A stretch of 61,015 bases of DNA, filler included, from Gonapodya sp. JEL0774 (GCA_027604505.1; 16 parts of 16 records of this genome joined end to end with filler, not necessarily neighbours in it), one strand, 5' to 3'; numbered from the whole stretch's first letter, positions 1 through 12,821 are shown. The notes: generated by a model from the letters alone, not told the origin. Numbers and translations: made by a program.

Positions 1-859
1 ATTCCTTCTGTCATGTTGAACAGAACATCTGTATTTTTCCCGACGCTTTCCCGCTCCCTCTGGACTTCCGAATCCCCCGCCCCGCCCGTGACTCACCAGT
101 CCGCACCCTCTTGAGTCCGGTCCGCTCGGCGCTCGCCTCACCCCACGTATCTTCCAATCCACCTTTGAGTTTTATTTCACTGTTCGCGACGCTCTCGATC
201 GCTGTCGCCGGTGCGGGCCAAGCGGAATCAACTGCCATTTCACCGGAGTGCGCCCAAGTCGCTGCCCGCCCGTGAGAGCCAGATGTCGCGTATGAGGGCG
301 CCAGATTCTGGGGAGAAGCAGACATGTTTCAGAGCAAAGTCGTGATTTGCGAGGTCTGAATAATGACCGGCGGTCGAGCTGTGGCCGTCGCAAAAAAGGA
401 AAGGACTGGCGGGAATCGTGTGGGTAGGGTGGACACAACCGGGGTAAAGAGAACACGATATTGGCAGATTTAATCGTCGATGATGTCTGCGTGTCCGTGA
501 TTGCTGACTTCGTCGCTGCTGTGTCCACGTGTCCCTCCCAGATTTGACAGCCACGTCAATCTCGTCCCCAGATTCACTGCGTCACCGCACTTGGCAGGCG
601 TCGACTGTTCTTCCTTTCGTTCTGATTATATGTTGCTCCTCTGCGCTGATTTACGTCTCAGCCGTGTGTTTCGCCGGTTCAATCTCCACGTCGGCCTTGG
701 CTGAGTCACGCAAGCGGCTCAGTTGACGCGATTGTGAGGGAACAGTGACTGGGAGGCTCCGTGGGGCTCCGGCACCAACCCAAAAAAAGAAAGAAAGCCC
801 CTAACACCAAGTCATCGAACAAGCGCAAATTTTGTGCATTCACTTGTCAGCGGGCAAAT

Positions 860-3400
860 GTGTATTGTTTGGGTCTGCATCACATGATCAGCTGTCTGTG
901 GTGTGAGCCAACCCTGTGCTGGATGACAAGAAATGCCCTCACAGGACAGACTTTGATCCTTGACACAGAAGGGGATGGCTGGAAGACATATCATCAACAG
1001 CAACAATCTGATTTTGGGCAAAGCAATACCTTTTGTTCTTGATCTGCCCTGGTCACGTGGTGGTGGTGTGAGGCGTTCTCGTGACATCATCTTTCAAACT
1101 CCACTTCCCAATGACCAGCTTGATCTTTCGCCCTTGCATACTACTGAAGTGTCTGCTACTTGTAATGCAAGATTTTGACAAGTGTTCACCTTCTCATTGC
1201 AAACAAGGCCAGGCTGCCAGTGTGTAACAAAGGGGACATTGTGTAAGAACAAGATTTGGACACTTGTTCACCTTCTCATTGCAAACAAGGCCAGGCTGCC
1301 AGTGTAAAACAAAGGGGACATTGTGTAAAACAAGTACATGCATGCTCACTTATGGTCCCTACAGTTACCCCTTGATGATTACCTCTTCAACTCTCCATAT
1401 CAGTGATAAAATATTTGCAGAGATCATATTAATCAGTCACAATTGTTTGGCACCTCACCCTCTCATTGCAATTTTATTTAGCCAGCTGCACCTGACTGCA
1501 GCTGCCAGATGGGGTCATAATTTCAATTGAGAATGGTGTTGCTGGATGTTTCAAGTGCAACTTATTTCATGCACTGCCATATTGTTTTCAGATTACATGA
1601 AAGCTATGCAGTGCTAATGCTGAGCAAGCCATAGCCTTTATCATATCCTAGCATGCTTATTATATAAATGTGCCATATGTATCCCATGAGCTTCTTTATA
1701 CAGTTGGGCACCATGCAGGCCAATTCAAGCTGGTAGCTGAGGTGGCATTGCACTCTTAACCTATCATATGTTCCAGAGATTTGAGATGGCTCAGGCAAAT
1801 ATTTGGCATTCACAGTATATGTTGCAGCTGTTGCAGTCCAGCTACGTATACACTTGTCTTATACTTTGTGAATGCACCCAGATTAGGTGCAGCTAGCCCT
1901 TTCTCTGAAACTTAAGGACAGTACTTAGCAGATGACACAGAGGTTACTTGCAGGATCAGTTTGTTCCCACCATCTAGAGAGAATGATTGACCATCGTTAT
2001 TGGCCCTTCTTGCATCATCATGTGAGTCCAAGTTACCCTGTAATTCCCTGCAGGTAATGGCAACTTTTCTTTTGTTTGGCACTACCATCCACCTGCTCAA
2101 GTTTAATTGCTACTTCACTTCCATGTGGCTGCAAATCAGGTGATGTAGTACATAAGTCTCCATCCATTGTATAGAATGCTTCCCATGCCACATGATTCTG
2201 TTCGTATTTTCTGGTTTACCTTAGTTACCTGAGAGATTGATAAGCTCAGATGATTGCCTGCTCTGATCTTTTTGGGAACTTTCATTTTAGTGCATACAAC
2301 TGCTCAACAGTTATTTGGCACAAAGACTGGAGCCTGTAAGCACAACTCATGTACATTCCCCACTGTAAACGCCTGCAGGATCTGTGATTTGTGTTATACA
2401 ATTTCCAGATCGAATTCACAGGCAATAGTTAACATAATATTGGCTTGTCAGTGCTTTGAATGTGTGTCTCACAGTTACCTTCACAAGCAACAAGAACAAG
2501 ATCCTGTGATACTGTACCTATACTGTCTAAGGCTAACTCTGCTAGCTTGCAGCTTTTGATCCCAGATGTTGTGGTTTTAATAACCCACACTATGCATCTT
2601 TTGAATATCTGCACAGGTCCCAATTTTTAAAAGTGGGGATGTTTCATATTAGTGGGATTGGTGTACTGGTTCCTTCTTCTATGTTAGTTGTTACAGTAAG
2701 CCAGCAAAGGCTTTCCATCTCATGAATGCCCCATGGAGATATATAAGAGCTACAAAAACTTCAATGATCCAGTGCAAATGATAAGGATAGATAACATGGG
2801 AACTATCCCCAAGGATTTCATTAAAACTTTTATTTGGATTATGGCACTCTTACATGAACATTTGAATTTTGATCAACAGTTTAAAGGTGACCCCATATTT
2901 TACCCTCCTGACATGGAGTCCCTGCGCATGCAGCACTGGAACTGACTGTGTCCCCCTGCTTCTCTGTGGTGGATCCTTTTCTGTTATTTGGCACACAACA
3001 AGCAGGTAACCTAGTGCTACTTCTAGGATGTGAGGTGCAGGAAGTTCTCTTCTGTAAGTGGGCCTGTCACTACTAGTAACACTATGTATCAATCCTAGCC
3101 CTCTATGAACGGGATGGGTGACCTAGTGATAGGCCTGAAGTGTGAGATGGAGTGCAGTGTGATCTTATATTGTGTAGCTATCGGGGTCTTGTACCCATGT
3201 GTAAGCTGTGGTCACACTGCTCAGCCCGGTACATGGTGTCAATAACACCACCCACTTCATTGCGATTGGACAATACCCTTGATCCCTGGCCCCTTAGTAG
3301 TTACCACTTTTGTGATTGTTTACACATGTGAAACACAGTGGCAAGTCTATGTAGAAACCTGTTGACGACCTTTGTAAGGGCTGGACATAAAACCTGGATT
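860..3400. other. Strongly CpG-depleted, TpG/CpA-rich degenerate block (probable methylated and decayed repeat/TE relic)
   Basis: Only about 5 CpG counted by eye in 1140-3000, against dense CpG in 1-850 and in genic contigs. No long ORF; family not identifiable. Confidence 0.6.
1183..1334 (+). repeat. Near-perfect direct duplication, ~70 bp x2, period 82
   Basis: TGTTCACCTTCTCATTGCAAACAAGGCCAGGCTGCCAGTGT..AACAAAGGGGACATTGTGTAA begins at 1183 and at 1265. Confidence 0.9.
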
Positions 3401-3737
3401 GCATATGAATTGCGTTTTCTCGACAGAATCCAATCGACTAACACTATGTAGTACACACAGCCTCAATTTTTATCAGTGTAGTAGTGATTCCCAGTACACT
3501 GATTATATGTGTGTAGACGAAATAACAAGGGGAGTTGATCACAGGTGATGGACACAGCGGTTGGAGTGGTCATGACATTTGAATCATTGTACACGAAACG
3601 CAATGTGGATCGTTGGGGGAGAATATGACTGCATGTCACTGGCAGGAAAGAACGGATGGAATGAATATGGACTCCGTTTTGGCGATGATCGATCATGCGA
3701 TCCTTGCGAAAACTGCACTCCCCTTCGCCGATTTGCG

Positions 3738-3837
3738 NNNNNNNNNNNNNNNNNNNNNNNNNNNNNNNNNNNNNNNNNNNNTTAATTAATTAANNNNNNN
3801 NNNNNNNNNNNNNNNNNNNNNNNNNNNNNNNNNNNNN
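3738..3837. other. Artificial contig-joining spacer (N44-TTAATTAATTAA-N44); first of 15
   Basis: The same 100-nt spacer with six-frame stops also lies at 7570-7669, 11401-11500, 15231-15330, 19061-19160, 22889-22988, 26715-26814, 30541-30640, 34361-34460, 38174-38273, 41986-42085, 45798-45897, 49605-49704, 53411-53510 and 57214-57313. Contig lengths never increase (3737 down to 3702 nt). A plain scaffold gap is at 58544-58642. Confidence 0.98.
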
Positions 3838-5270
3838 AGGCGATGAATGTAAGAGAAAGGACTTACCGAGGGGGAGGAACTCGTTTCCGTGATAGTTGTT
3901 GACGGTTCCCGGTTGAAGTCGTTCAAATGAACCGCTACGGCTTAAAGATGAATGAGACGAGACAGGCTCGGCGAAAATTAAAGCACACGGGAGCAAAACC
4001 ACATACAAAAGCAGTAGAAGGATGATATAGCGGTGGGTGCGATGGAAGACAAAGGCCGTCTGTTCGCTGCCCACTCACCTCCGCGAGATAGCGGCAATTC
4101 CGCGCGTCCATCCGTGTCTTGCACTCGGGTCACCTCGGACCAACGCCAATTGTCATGAGATTGGACTGGCTTCGGTCCGTCTTGAGCGTCGTTGGTTTGG
4201 TGTAGGGTGGAACAGGTGTCGGCGCCAACGGTCATATACACAAATCGAGAGAAGAAAGACTGAAAACGACACAACTTACTTGCAATCCCTGATTCCACAG
4301 CGACGAGATGATCCTTCTGCGTCCTCACGTTTCACCGTCCGTCCTTCCATCCCCCCCATCCGGTCCCTATCGACGAACCCACACACCGTCTCACACCGAT
4401 CCACCCATCCCGGCGACGGTCGACAGCCACATTTTGCACACGATTCAGTCCACATTTTTTCATTCGATGCGTTGGCATGTTGAACGGTGAGGTGGATTGG
4501 TGGAGGGGAGCGCGGAGGCGAGGTGGGGTGGCAAGACGAGCGTAAGGGGGAGGGCACGGGGATCGAACGAGAGAGCGACGTAAACGGGAGATGAGTGGGT
4601 TGAACCAAGGCGGTTGAGCGCGAAGGCGCGGGTTGAATGTTGGGTCGGGGTGGGGATCGGTTGTAGGGATGTGTTGGTGAACATGCACAAACGACACGGC
4701 AACAAGATTACACACGACTTTTCCTACGACCCCTCAAGATAATAGAAAAAGAAGTGCGACGGTACAAAATTTTGAACATTTCGCAAAAAAACTTTACTTT
4801 TACCGTACTGTACTACAATGAAAGTCTCTTCCTAAACTGTACAGATCAAAATTGGAGGGTATTTCACACCAAACTGAACATTAGTAAAGAATAGATTAAA
4901 AAGGAAAAACTCTCCCAACGACCCTGCCAGATCCCAACTCCTCCTCTCCCACTGCTGCACTGTTCACCTCCCTCGCACTGATCCTGCCCCGGCCCCTCCT
5001 GCTCTAAGCACCTCAGCCTGCACATCCATCCTCCCACTCCCACTCTGGTTCCCAGTTCCTGCCCCACCACCAGCTCCACCTAACCTCCCCATTGCCTCAC
5101 CCCCTCCTGCACTATACACAACAACTCTCGACTCCACACCGCCCACAGGCCACATTCCTGATGCTGGTGGTGTCGGCCCCGTGGGGTACATTGACTGTTG
5201 CGGTGGGCCAGCCATGTCGTCATAGTACTGAGAGGAGAAAGGTGGGGCGTTGGGGGCTCGGCGGATGGGG

Positions 5271-6749
5271 TTAGAGGATGGGAGGTGGAGAGCCAATATT
5301 GAGGCGGGAGTCGTAACGGAGGGTGAAGGAAGGAGGTTGCAGAGAAGGTTGGTTGGGTGTGTCAGTAACACATGCCATGGGGAATGCACCATAGGCACCA
5401 GTGCTTGTGTTGAAGCCCTAGGGTGGATCACAGATGGATGGCAAGGGGGCAGGGCATGCAGATGTGGAGGCAGGATTCATGAGAGCGCAACAGCACACAA
5501 GCAATAAACAAGTGGTACTTACAGATCCCCACCCATCTGCAAACTCCAGGTTGACATAAATCTCATCCCCAACTTGAACATTAAGTTCATCAACATCTTG
5601 GGCCTGGAAATCGGCTATGGCGTACATGAGCTTCTTGACAGTGCGGGGGGGTTGGGGTTCGCGCGGTGGAGGAGCAGGTGGTAGGGATGCGAGTTGGGTG
5701 CGGAGGGTCACAACCTCACGTTCCAAAGACGAGTTTGCTGTCAAAAGGTTACGGTTTTCAGTGGATAGGGTGCGATTTTCGGTAGAGAGGGTACGGTTCT
5801 CAGATTGGAGGTCCCGGTTGGCTGCTTCCAAGGTTGTGATCTTTGCCTGATTGTTCACATTCCGTTGCTCCATCTCCTCTGCCTTCTTTTGTGCAGTTGC
5901 TGTCCTTACTGATAGCTCCTGAACCCGAGCCTTGAGACGACCCACTTCTGCGCGCAGCTCCCTGTTTGCCCTGTCCTTGTCAGTAAGGAGTGAGGCAAAG
6001 GCTTCAGTGGGTCGAGGAGATGCGGAAGGTGCAGTGGTAGGTGGAGAAGAAGGTTGAGTGCGTGCAGGGGCTGGAGTGGGAGGGTTGGATTGATGGTCTT
6101 GGAGCATCTGCAAGAAGCGCCCATCTGGCTGTTCATGAGCAGCATCGAGTTCCCTCTGAGTGACCGCAGCCCCGTGAGAGAGGAGGAGTTTGAGGATCGG
6201 GAGGGAAGGACGCAGAGTGAAGGGAGTGATGCAGGTGTCCTTCCACTCCTTGGGATCTCTGATCTGCACGTCGCCGCCCTTGAGACTGATCGGGAGTTCG
6301 TTGTCAGAGTTTGGTGAATCGAATGTGACACCGTCGCACTGCGTCAACTTCCCGCCCCTCGCCACCGCCAGTGTCAACGCAGATGGGAACAAAAACGTCC
6401 GACGCCAACGACTCCTGCTCCACCTGTCCGCAGTCCACAATGACCAGTAGTCTGCAATCTTCCACTCACACACCCCATTGGCATCGGCGCCTCCTTCGAG
6501 CAGCGCCTTCACGATCTCAGCATTCGCATGCAGAATCCCCAGCGCCAATGCCGACTCGCATTCTGTAGAATCCATTTTGGTCTCATTCCCGATCCTGCAG
6601 GTCAACGTGACCCGCTTCCGTGCATTGGGGTTCGCCCCATCTTCTAGAAGCTGTCGGACCCGCTGCGCCTGCCCGTTCTCCACAGCTTCGATCAGTTTGA
6701 TGTCACGCGCGGTCGCTGGTCCACGCTTCCAGCTTCCAAAGTTGAACAT
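5271..6749 (-). CDS. Ankyrin-repeat + coiled-coil + SH3 domain protein
   Basis: Ankyrin motifs LIEAVENGQAQRVRQLLEDGANPN and SALALGILHANAEIVKALLEGGADAN; heptad repeats (STENRTL). SH3 YAIADFQAQDVDELNVQVGDEIYVNLEFADGWGS|GFNTSTGAYGAFPMACV is completed by splicing intron 5418-5522. First ATG at 6749. Confidence 0.85.
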
Positions 6750-7119
6750 TGACGTTGTTTGCGGTTTCGGTTGGTGCTTTGGCCAGGCGGCGCCACTCGT
6801 TTCTTCGGACTTTCTAATGAACACCGCCGCAACCGACGACGCGGAATTGTAATTTCATTATGAAATATCTTTTGTACTAAGAGCATGATACATACATGTC
6901 AACTGATCCTGCTCCTGGGTCGGTGCTGCTCCACACGCATTACGCGCTACGATCCCGACTCCTCCTCGCCCAGCTCACCACACGCTCTCTCCCCCGACCG
7001 GTTCCCATGGCAGAACTCTCCAGAATTGAACATCCCCGGGGGTTCCATCCACCCTACTGCGCCCCGTCTTCCGCTTTCCGCCTCAAGCCCCTGGCTGCCC
7101 GGCCTGCCCGTTTGAGTCT

Positions 7120-7340
7120 CCTCCTCCCGACCCTAGTCGCCCCCCCTCGGCTCCCCCACATCGCCCCTACCCCCCGCTCTGCCCCTCGCCCCCTCTCCCC
7201 CGCCCTGGACCCCCCATCTCGACCCCCCCCCACCCCCCGGCGCTCCCCTTACCCCGCCTCGGCTCCCCCATCCTCGGGGCCGTTCATCAGTCCCGTCCTC
7301 GGCGCTCCCCAACCCCCCCCTAACCCCACGCCTTTCTCGA
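7120..7340. repeat. C-rich low-complexity tract near contig end
   Basis: Dense CCCC runs; the Pro-rich ORFs here look compositional. Confidence 0.6.
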
Positions 7341-7861
7341 CAGCCCGTTTTCAACCCATCTCATCGCACTCGCTCCCCCACCGTGCAACTCACCTTTTTC
7401 CCTGGCTGATGTTCCATATTCCAAGTTTCCATGCTCGTCTCAAGCCCGCCCCGTTCCAGTTGACACGCATCCGTCCGGGTAGAACACGGGTGCCGAAGTC
7501 GGGGCTTGTTGACCGTTTCGGCGTAACAGCTAGCCATTCACCTCCCATAACGGGGGCCTGCCGTTTTGCNNNNNNNNNNNNNNNNNNNNNNNNNNNNNNN
7601 NNNNNNNNNNNNNTTAATTAATTAANNNNNNNNNNNNNNNNNNNNNNNNNNNNNNNNNNNNNNNNNNNNGGGGGCGGAAGAACTTGTCAACCCGAGCAAA
7701 ATGGCGACCGAGACCCAAGCGACAACTCCACAAGCCGAGCTCCTTTAAAACTCCTTTTCTATGGTGCCAAACGCTTCTTCAATAGCTCCCGCGAGTGTCC
7801 CCCATCACAGATTCATCTTCGACGTTGCGAGCAGGGTTTTGCGCCACGTGATGTAACTTAC

Positions 7862-7940
7862 TGAATGTGAAGGTTCCCTGTCCCAGAGCAGCCTGTGTTA
7901 AGGCGAGAAGACCAACGAGCGTTGAGAAAATGGGTGCCAT
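7862..7940 (-). CDS. First exon of a secreted protein, probable paralog of the CE4-like gene at 8713 (rest beyond contig end)
   Basis: Signal peptide MAPIFSTLVGLLALTQAALGQGTFTF followed by a phase-1 GTAAGT donor. Same 26-codon length, GQGxFx(F/Y) ending and intron phase as exon 1 of 8713-10538. Confidence 0.6.
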
Positions 7941-8712
7941 TGTGGAGGAGAAGTCTGATTCCCGTTCACCAAAGAGGTGAGGCTTGCGAGGCTTTGATGA
8001 CAAAAGGGAGGGAGGGTAATACGGCACCTTTACACGCGGTCGGTCAGATCCGTACTGGCGCTGTGCAAATACAGGAAAGCGGGTAACGCTTGAGATGCGG
8101 AGAAGGAGAACGGGCGGTCTCTTGAAGGACGAAAAAGACTGAAAAATTGGAGTCGCACAATTGACCCACTCTCCACCAATGTGGCAAAGCCGCAATATTT
8201 CCTTCCTACCTTCCCTCGCAAAACATTCTCGCAACCGATGAGATACTTAATTTCTATACGGTAAACAATCGATACTTTCAACGTGTTTTATACACAGAGA
8301 GCGTCGCAGTGTGAACAACAGAGGTTATTTCGTTCTACGTAGCTCTGCTGATATGAATGAACTTCAAACCTTCATCGCATACGCTCTTGAACCAAGCACC
8401 TCAAGTTTCAGCCATCAAGTACACCCCGCGCATGGCGTGCTTCATTATCTCCTCGTATGGAAAGGGTGCAAGTGTGGCACAGACCTTGCGGTGAGTGCCC
8501 CTTCCCAGGCTTCGAAATTCGCCATTTCATTTTCACAGTTTGTTCACTCGTTCGGCCACTCCGAACTCTAGTTCCACTAGTACGTACTCGCCAGAAGCGC
8601 TTTCCCTCGGTGCGGCTGCCGCTTCATTGCCTCGGGTTCCTCCACCGGTCCCTTTGATCCACCGAAAGGCTAAACCCTGCCCGTCCCCACCGCCATTCCC
8701 AGATTCCTTATT

Positions 8713-10538
8713 ATGACACGATTGCTACTCATTACGGCGACAGTGCTTCTCGCAGCTGGTTCTGCTTTTGGCCAAGGTGCTTTCTCATATGGTGAGATCA
8801 TTCTGACACCCCACTTTCACGCCAGCCAACATGGGGCGACAGCTGGAATCAGGAGACGTTAAATGGAAACGTCTTTCTCAGCCAATTGTGAAATCGCTCT
8901 GCTTTTGAGGACTTGCCGCTATCAGGCTCCCCGAATTCATATTCCAGCGAAGGTCTTCACTTTCTCTTGCGGCCTGTTTTGAACCTAAACCGTGCGCCAT
9001 TCCCTCACAGACAACCCTACCTACTTCCCCAACTCCTGCAAAACGTATGTGCTATCGTGCTATCGCGACTGTATCTTACAAGCCTCACTCCTTCAATTGA
9101 ATCTACTCCACTCTAGCGCTGGACAGATCGCTGTCATCTATTCCGACGGTCCTTCGTGAGTAACGACCTCCATTCTTTGAAGCATATGCTACCGTGACAT
9201 TTTGTGTTAAACTGCGGCTTTTCTCACCCCTCTGTAATCTGGGTCTTACCGCGGTTCACCTTCACGTTGATGAACATTTACCTGCCGAATCACTTTCAAC
9301 AGCAAATTCACGTCCCTGATTTACAACAACCTGGTCAATGCAAGTGTTCCGGCCAAGAACTTGAACTTCTTTGCCGTGACCACGTACCTCAAAGATGTGA
9401 GTCAAGATATGCTGTAATATTGTTATGACTTGCGAGGAACCAAAATTCCAACATAATTCCCTGCGCTACAGGTCACCAGCAACGTTCCTCTCACCCAAGT
9501 TGCCAATGGTGGCTCGTTCATCGGCATGCGTGAGTGTTTGAGACAACCAATAGTCAAACAAACACACGACGCCAACTGACACGAATTCGCACCGTCTTTG
9601 ACACCGTGTTGGTCGCTGCTTCCAGGATGGACCACGACCAAAACCCTCAACAAGTTGAGCGCGACTGAAATCGCTGCCCAGCTGGAGTCGGACTGCAATG
9701 CACTTATTCCTTACACCAAGAAGGCTCCAAAATGTGAGTGGAATTCACGGTCAGCTTGAGATTCTCATTCGTTTCTCACACCATTCGGACACCACAATCG
9801 GCATCTGTCCACTCCTCGTCCGATTCAGACATTTTCCTGCCCCGCGATCAAGTTGACCAGGCCTCCTACAACGCCGTCGTTGCCCAGGGCTACGTCGTGA
9901 GTACTCTCGATTGTACAGGCAAATCTTTCATTGAGCAAAACGTTTTCGCTATCCTTCAGCCCGTTGGTTACAACATCGACTCTCTCGACTATACCTTTAA
10001 CGGTACCGATTCCGCCACCTGTATCGCCGGCGTCACTGGCGCATACAACGCAGCCATGTCGTTGCTCCCTCCCGGCTCCGCCTACTGGATTGCCATCCAG
10101 CGCGACTTGATCCAGTGTACCGTGGATTCGGCTGTCCCCGTGTACAACACTATTACCACTCTTGGATACAAGCTTGTTGACCTTGGAACGTGCCTTGGTG
10201 ATACCAGCCCTTACAGGACTTGTGAGTGTTGAATTTTAGCTTACGGGTTTATCGACCACTCTCATTGTTCGCGGTGCGCGTGGTTCGATTAAATAGCTTG
10301 TGCTGCTATCGGTGGCTCTGCAGCTGCAACCTCCTCCGCAGCAGCCTCTGCAACCAAAGCAGCGAGTGCCACGACTGGTGCCGCCTCAGCTCCCGCAGCC
10401 ACGACAGCGGGTAGCGCTCCTTCGGCTGCCAGCACCGGTACTGCCAAAGCCGGTGGTGTTGCACCAAGCACGGTCTCGTCTGGCTTCGCGACCCTCGCTA
10501 TGGCAGTCTTCGTTGTGGCAATGTTGATGCGATTCTAG
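8713..10538 (+). CDS. Secreted, predicted GPI-anchored carbohydrate esterase family 4 (NodB/chitin deacetylase-like) protein, catalytic motifs degenerate; 9 exons
   Basis: Hand-spliced: signal peptide; SCKTAGQIAVIYSDGPS; NFFAV; GGSFIGMRWTTTKTLNKLSATEIAAQL; APKYIFLPRD; GYNIDSLDY; WIAIQRDL; GYKLVDLGTCLGDTSPY; Ala/Ser/Thr stalk; hydrophobic C-terminus FATLAMAVFVVAMLMRF*. Confidence 0.8.
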
Positions 10539-10907
10539 ACGTTGGTCTTTGGAAACTGGGGCTGTTTCGGGGCGAGATGTTTAAGGAACGACGACTTTGA
10601 AGAAGCACCACAAATTCTTTTCATTGTGTATGAACCTTCGAAGAGCAGCAAGAAGAAAGGTTTCATGTGCCGGGGGAATTGCGTTACTTTTCATCATGAT
10701 TCTCGACTTTCGGTGAGGTCACGTAGTACTTGCATCTATCACCCCTTGCTAGCTGGCTTTTAAGTTACCCTCCAATAGAGATAAATAAATGTGACTGATA
10801 CGTACTTATTGTGGGGAAAGGGCACACCGAGGGGCATTCATTGTGAACCGTGCAAAGAAGGTAGAAGGTGCACTTCACCATTGCGAAGCAGGTACACTTC
10901 AACCGAG

Positions 10908-11371
10908 ATGGACTCTGGGGAGTCTCAAGCGGGCAAAATTCCAAATGAATCTACGGCCTTGAGTCGAAAACGAGGTCGGGTCGAGGAGGATATGGACATG
11001 GACAGTGGTTGGATGGAAGCAGTCGCTGGTGACACCCTGACTCAACCATGTCCACCAAGGTCTCGCATCGGCCCTGATGGCATCAAGCGCTCCGTAAAGT
11101 CTATGAGAGTTGATGTGGTGCCGTTTGTGGAGGTTGTGACGCGGGCTGATGCGGAGGACGTGTTCACCACTGCCGCGCAGTTTCAGGGGAAGAAGAGAAC
11201 CAGGGGCGAAGGCGACGACGTGCATGACGAGGAATGGACTGACCCGGATGAAGTCGTCTCTGTAGATGGGGAGAATGGGAGATTGTCCAAGGTTGTGCGT
11301 ACCATGACCCCGAAGGAGCGGAGGAAGGATTTGAGGGAAGCTGCAGGACTGGATCGTGATCCCAACGAAAA
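10908..11371 (+). CDS. Hypothetical charged protein, first exon (truncated by contig end)
   Basis: Open frame from ATG 10908 with NLS-like basic clusters (RKRGR, KKRTR), ending at a GTAAGT donor. Confidence 0.45.
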
Positions 11372-11500
11372 GTAAGTCAAGGGAGGGTACAAGCGCATGT
11401 NNNNNNNNNNNNNNNNNNNNNNNNNNNNNNNNNNNNNNNNNNNNTTAATTAATTAANNNNNNNNNNNNNNNNNNNNNNNNNNNNNNNNNNNNNNNNNNNN

Positions 11501-12821
11501 ACAACGTGGCGCCAACCCCTCTCATCGATCAACTACATCGAAACCTCTACTCTCTGGCGTCAAGAGCACAACGGTTACTCCCATCAGGATCCAACGTAGG
11601 CTCATGTCGCTCCATGAATTTCTGCACGACATCTCTTCACGCAATGGCGATCGATATCACACAGCTTCATCAACGCTCTGATCAACATGAAATCCCGCCT
11701 CGTGCGGATTTACTTCCCACCCGACGCACCGAGCACGGTCGCGGTGATGGATCGGTGCCTCAAGACGAAGGGATGCATAAATCTCGTCGTTGCTAGCAAG
11801 CAGAACACTCCTGTGTGGGGTAGCTGGGAGGTGCGTACTTCTCCTCTGCAATAGGCGGTTCCAATACTTTAAATCGTCGAGTGAAACAACTGAACTCAGG
11901 ATGATCTCGTGGCAGGAAGCGCGCAGGACCTCTGAGCCTGGCATAGCGGTCTGGAAGTGGGCAAGCACTGACGGGGGAAGGAATCCGGATGTGGTGATGG
12001 CTGGTTGTGGTACCGAGGTCATGTTCGAGGTATGCTTTATCCTGATCGATTCAGGGAATTGGAGCTTTGAGATGCCAATTTCTTGTATACACAAAGGTTG
12101 TGGCTGCAGCGGCGCTTTTGAGAAAGGATCTCCCTGGTTTTCGAATTCGGGTACTAAACGTGATTGGTATGATCCTGGCAACATGTGATTCGAGTCATAA
12201 TCAGTCAATCTGTTCCGCATCTCTCACTTCAAAAGACCTCATGATCCTCTCACCAACGCACGGTCACCCTCACGCTCTTCCCAATGTTGAGTTTGAATCG
12301 CTCTTCACACGCGACAAGCCGGTGCTGTTCAACTTTCACGGATATCCGAGCGCGGTGAAGCAGCTCCTGTACGATCGCCAGGGAAACTTGAGCGGAAGAG
12401 TTCATGTGGTGAGTTGGAAAATGACCGTGATGCTTCGTAAGAGAGTTACTGTAAAGCCGTGAGATGCACTTTTGCACATGTTACCTTACAGTTTGGATAC
12501 CAGGAGGAAGGCACCACCACGACTCCATTCACGAGTAAGTAACGTTGCTCGTGCGGGACCCGTGTAACTTTCGTATAAACATTTTCATCACTTCCCGAAC
12601 CTGATATATTAGTGCTCACGTGGAACGAGACGGATCGCTATCACCTGGCCATTGCCGCGATCCGAGCAGCTTGTGGCTGCGCGGAGTTTGTGAGTCCCGA
12701 CGTGGTCGTGAACGCAAGAGAGCTTATTGCGAAATACCAGAACAAGCTCATCGAGCATGAGGAGTATGTTCTTCGGGAAGGGAAGGATATGGAGGAGGTG
12801 CAGGAGGTTCCAGAGTTTTGA
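11501..12821 (+). CDS. xfp: Xylulose-5-P/fructose-6-P phosphoketolase, C-terminal part (5'-truncated)
   Basis: [71 protein letters not shown] and [12 protein letters not shown] across spliced exons. Confidence 0.93.

Noticed and set aside
3838..4700. Possible minus-strand multi-exon gene (donors near 3850, 4075, 4275)
   Set aside because: Could not build a consistent spliced frame or recognise a domain.
7300..7340. Telomere repeat (CCCTAA)
   Set aside because: Single occurrence inside a C-rich low-complexity tract.
11501..12821. Phosphoketolase as a novel horizontal transfer
   Set aside because: Phosphoketolases are already well known in fungi.
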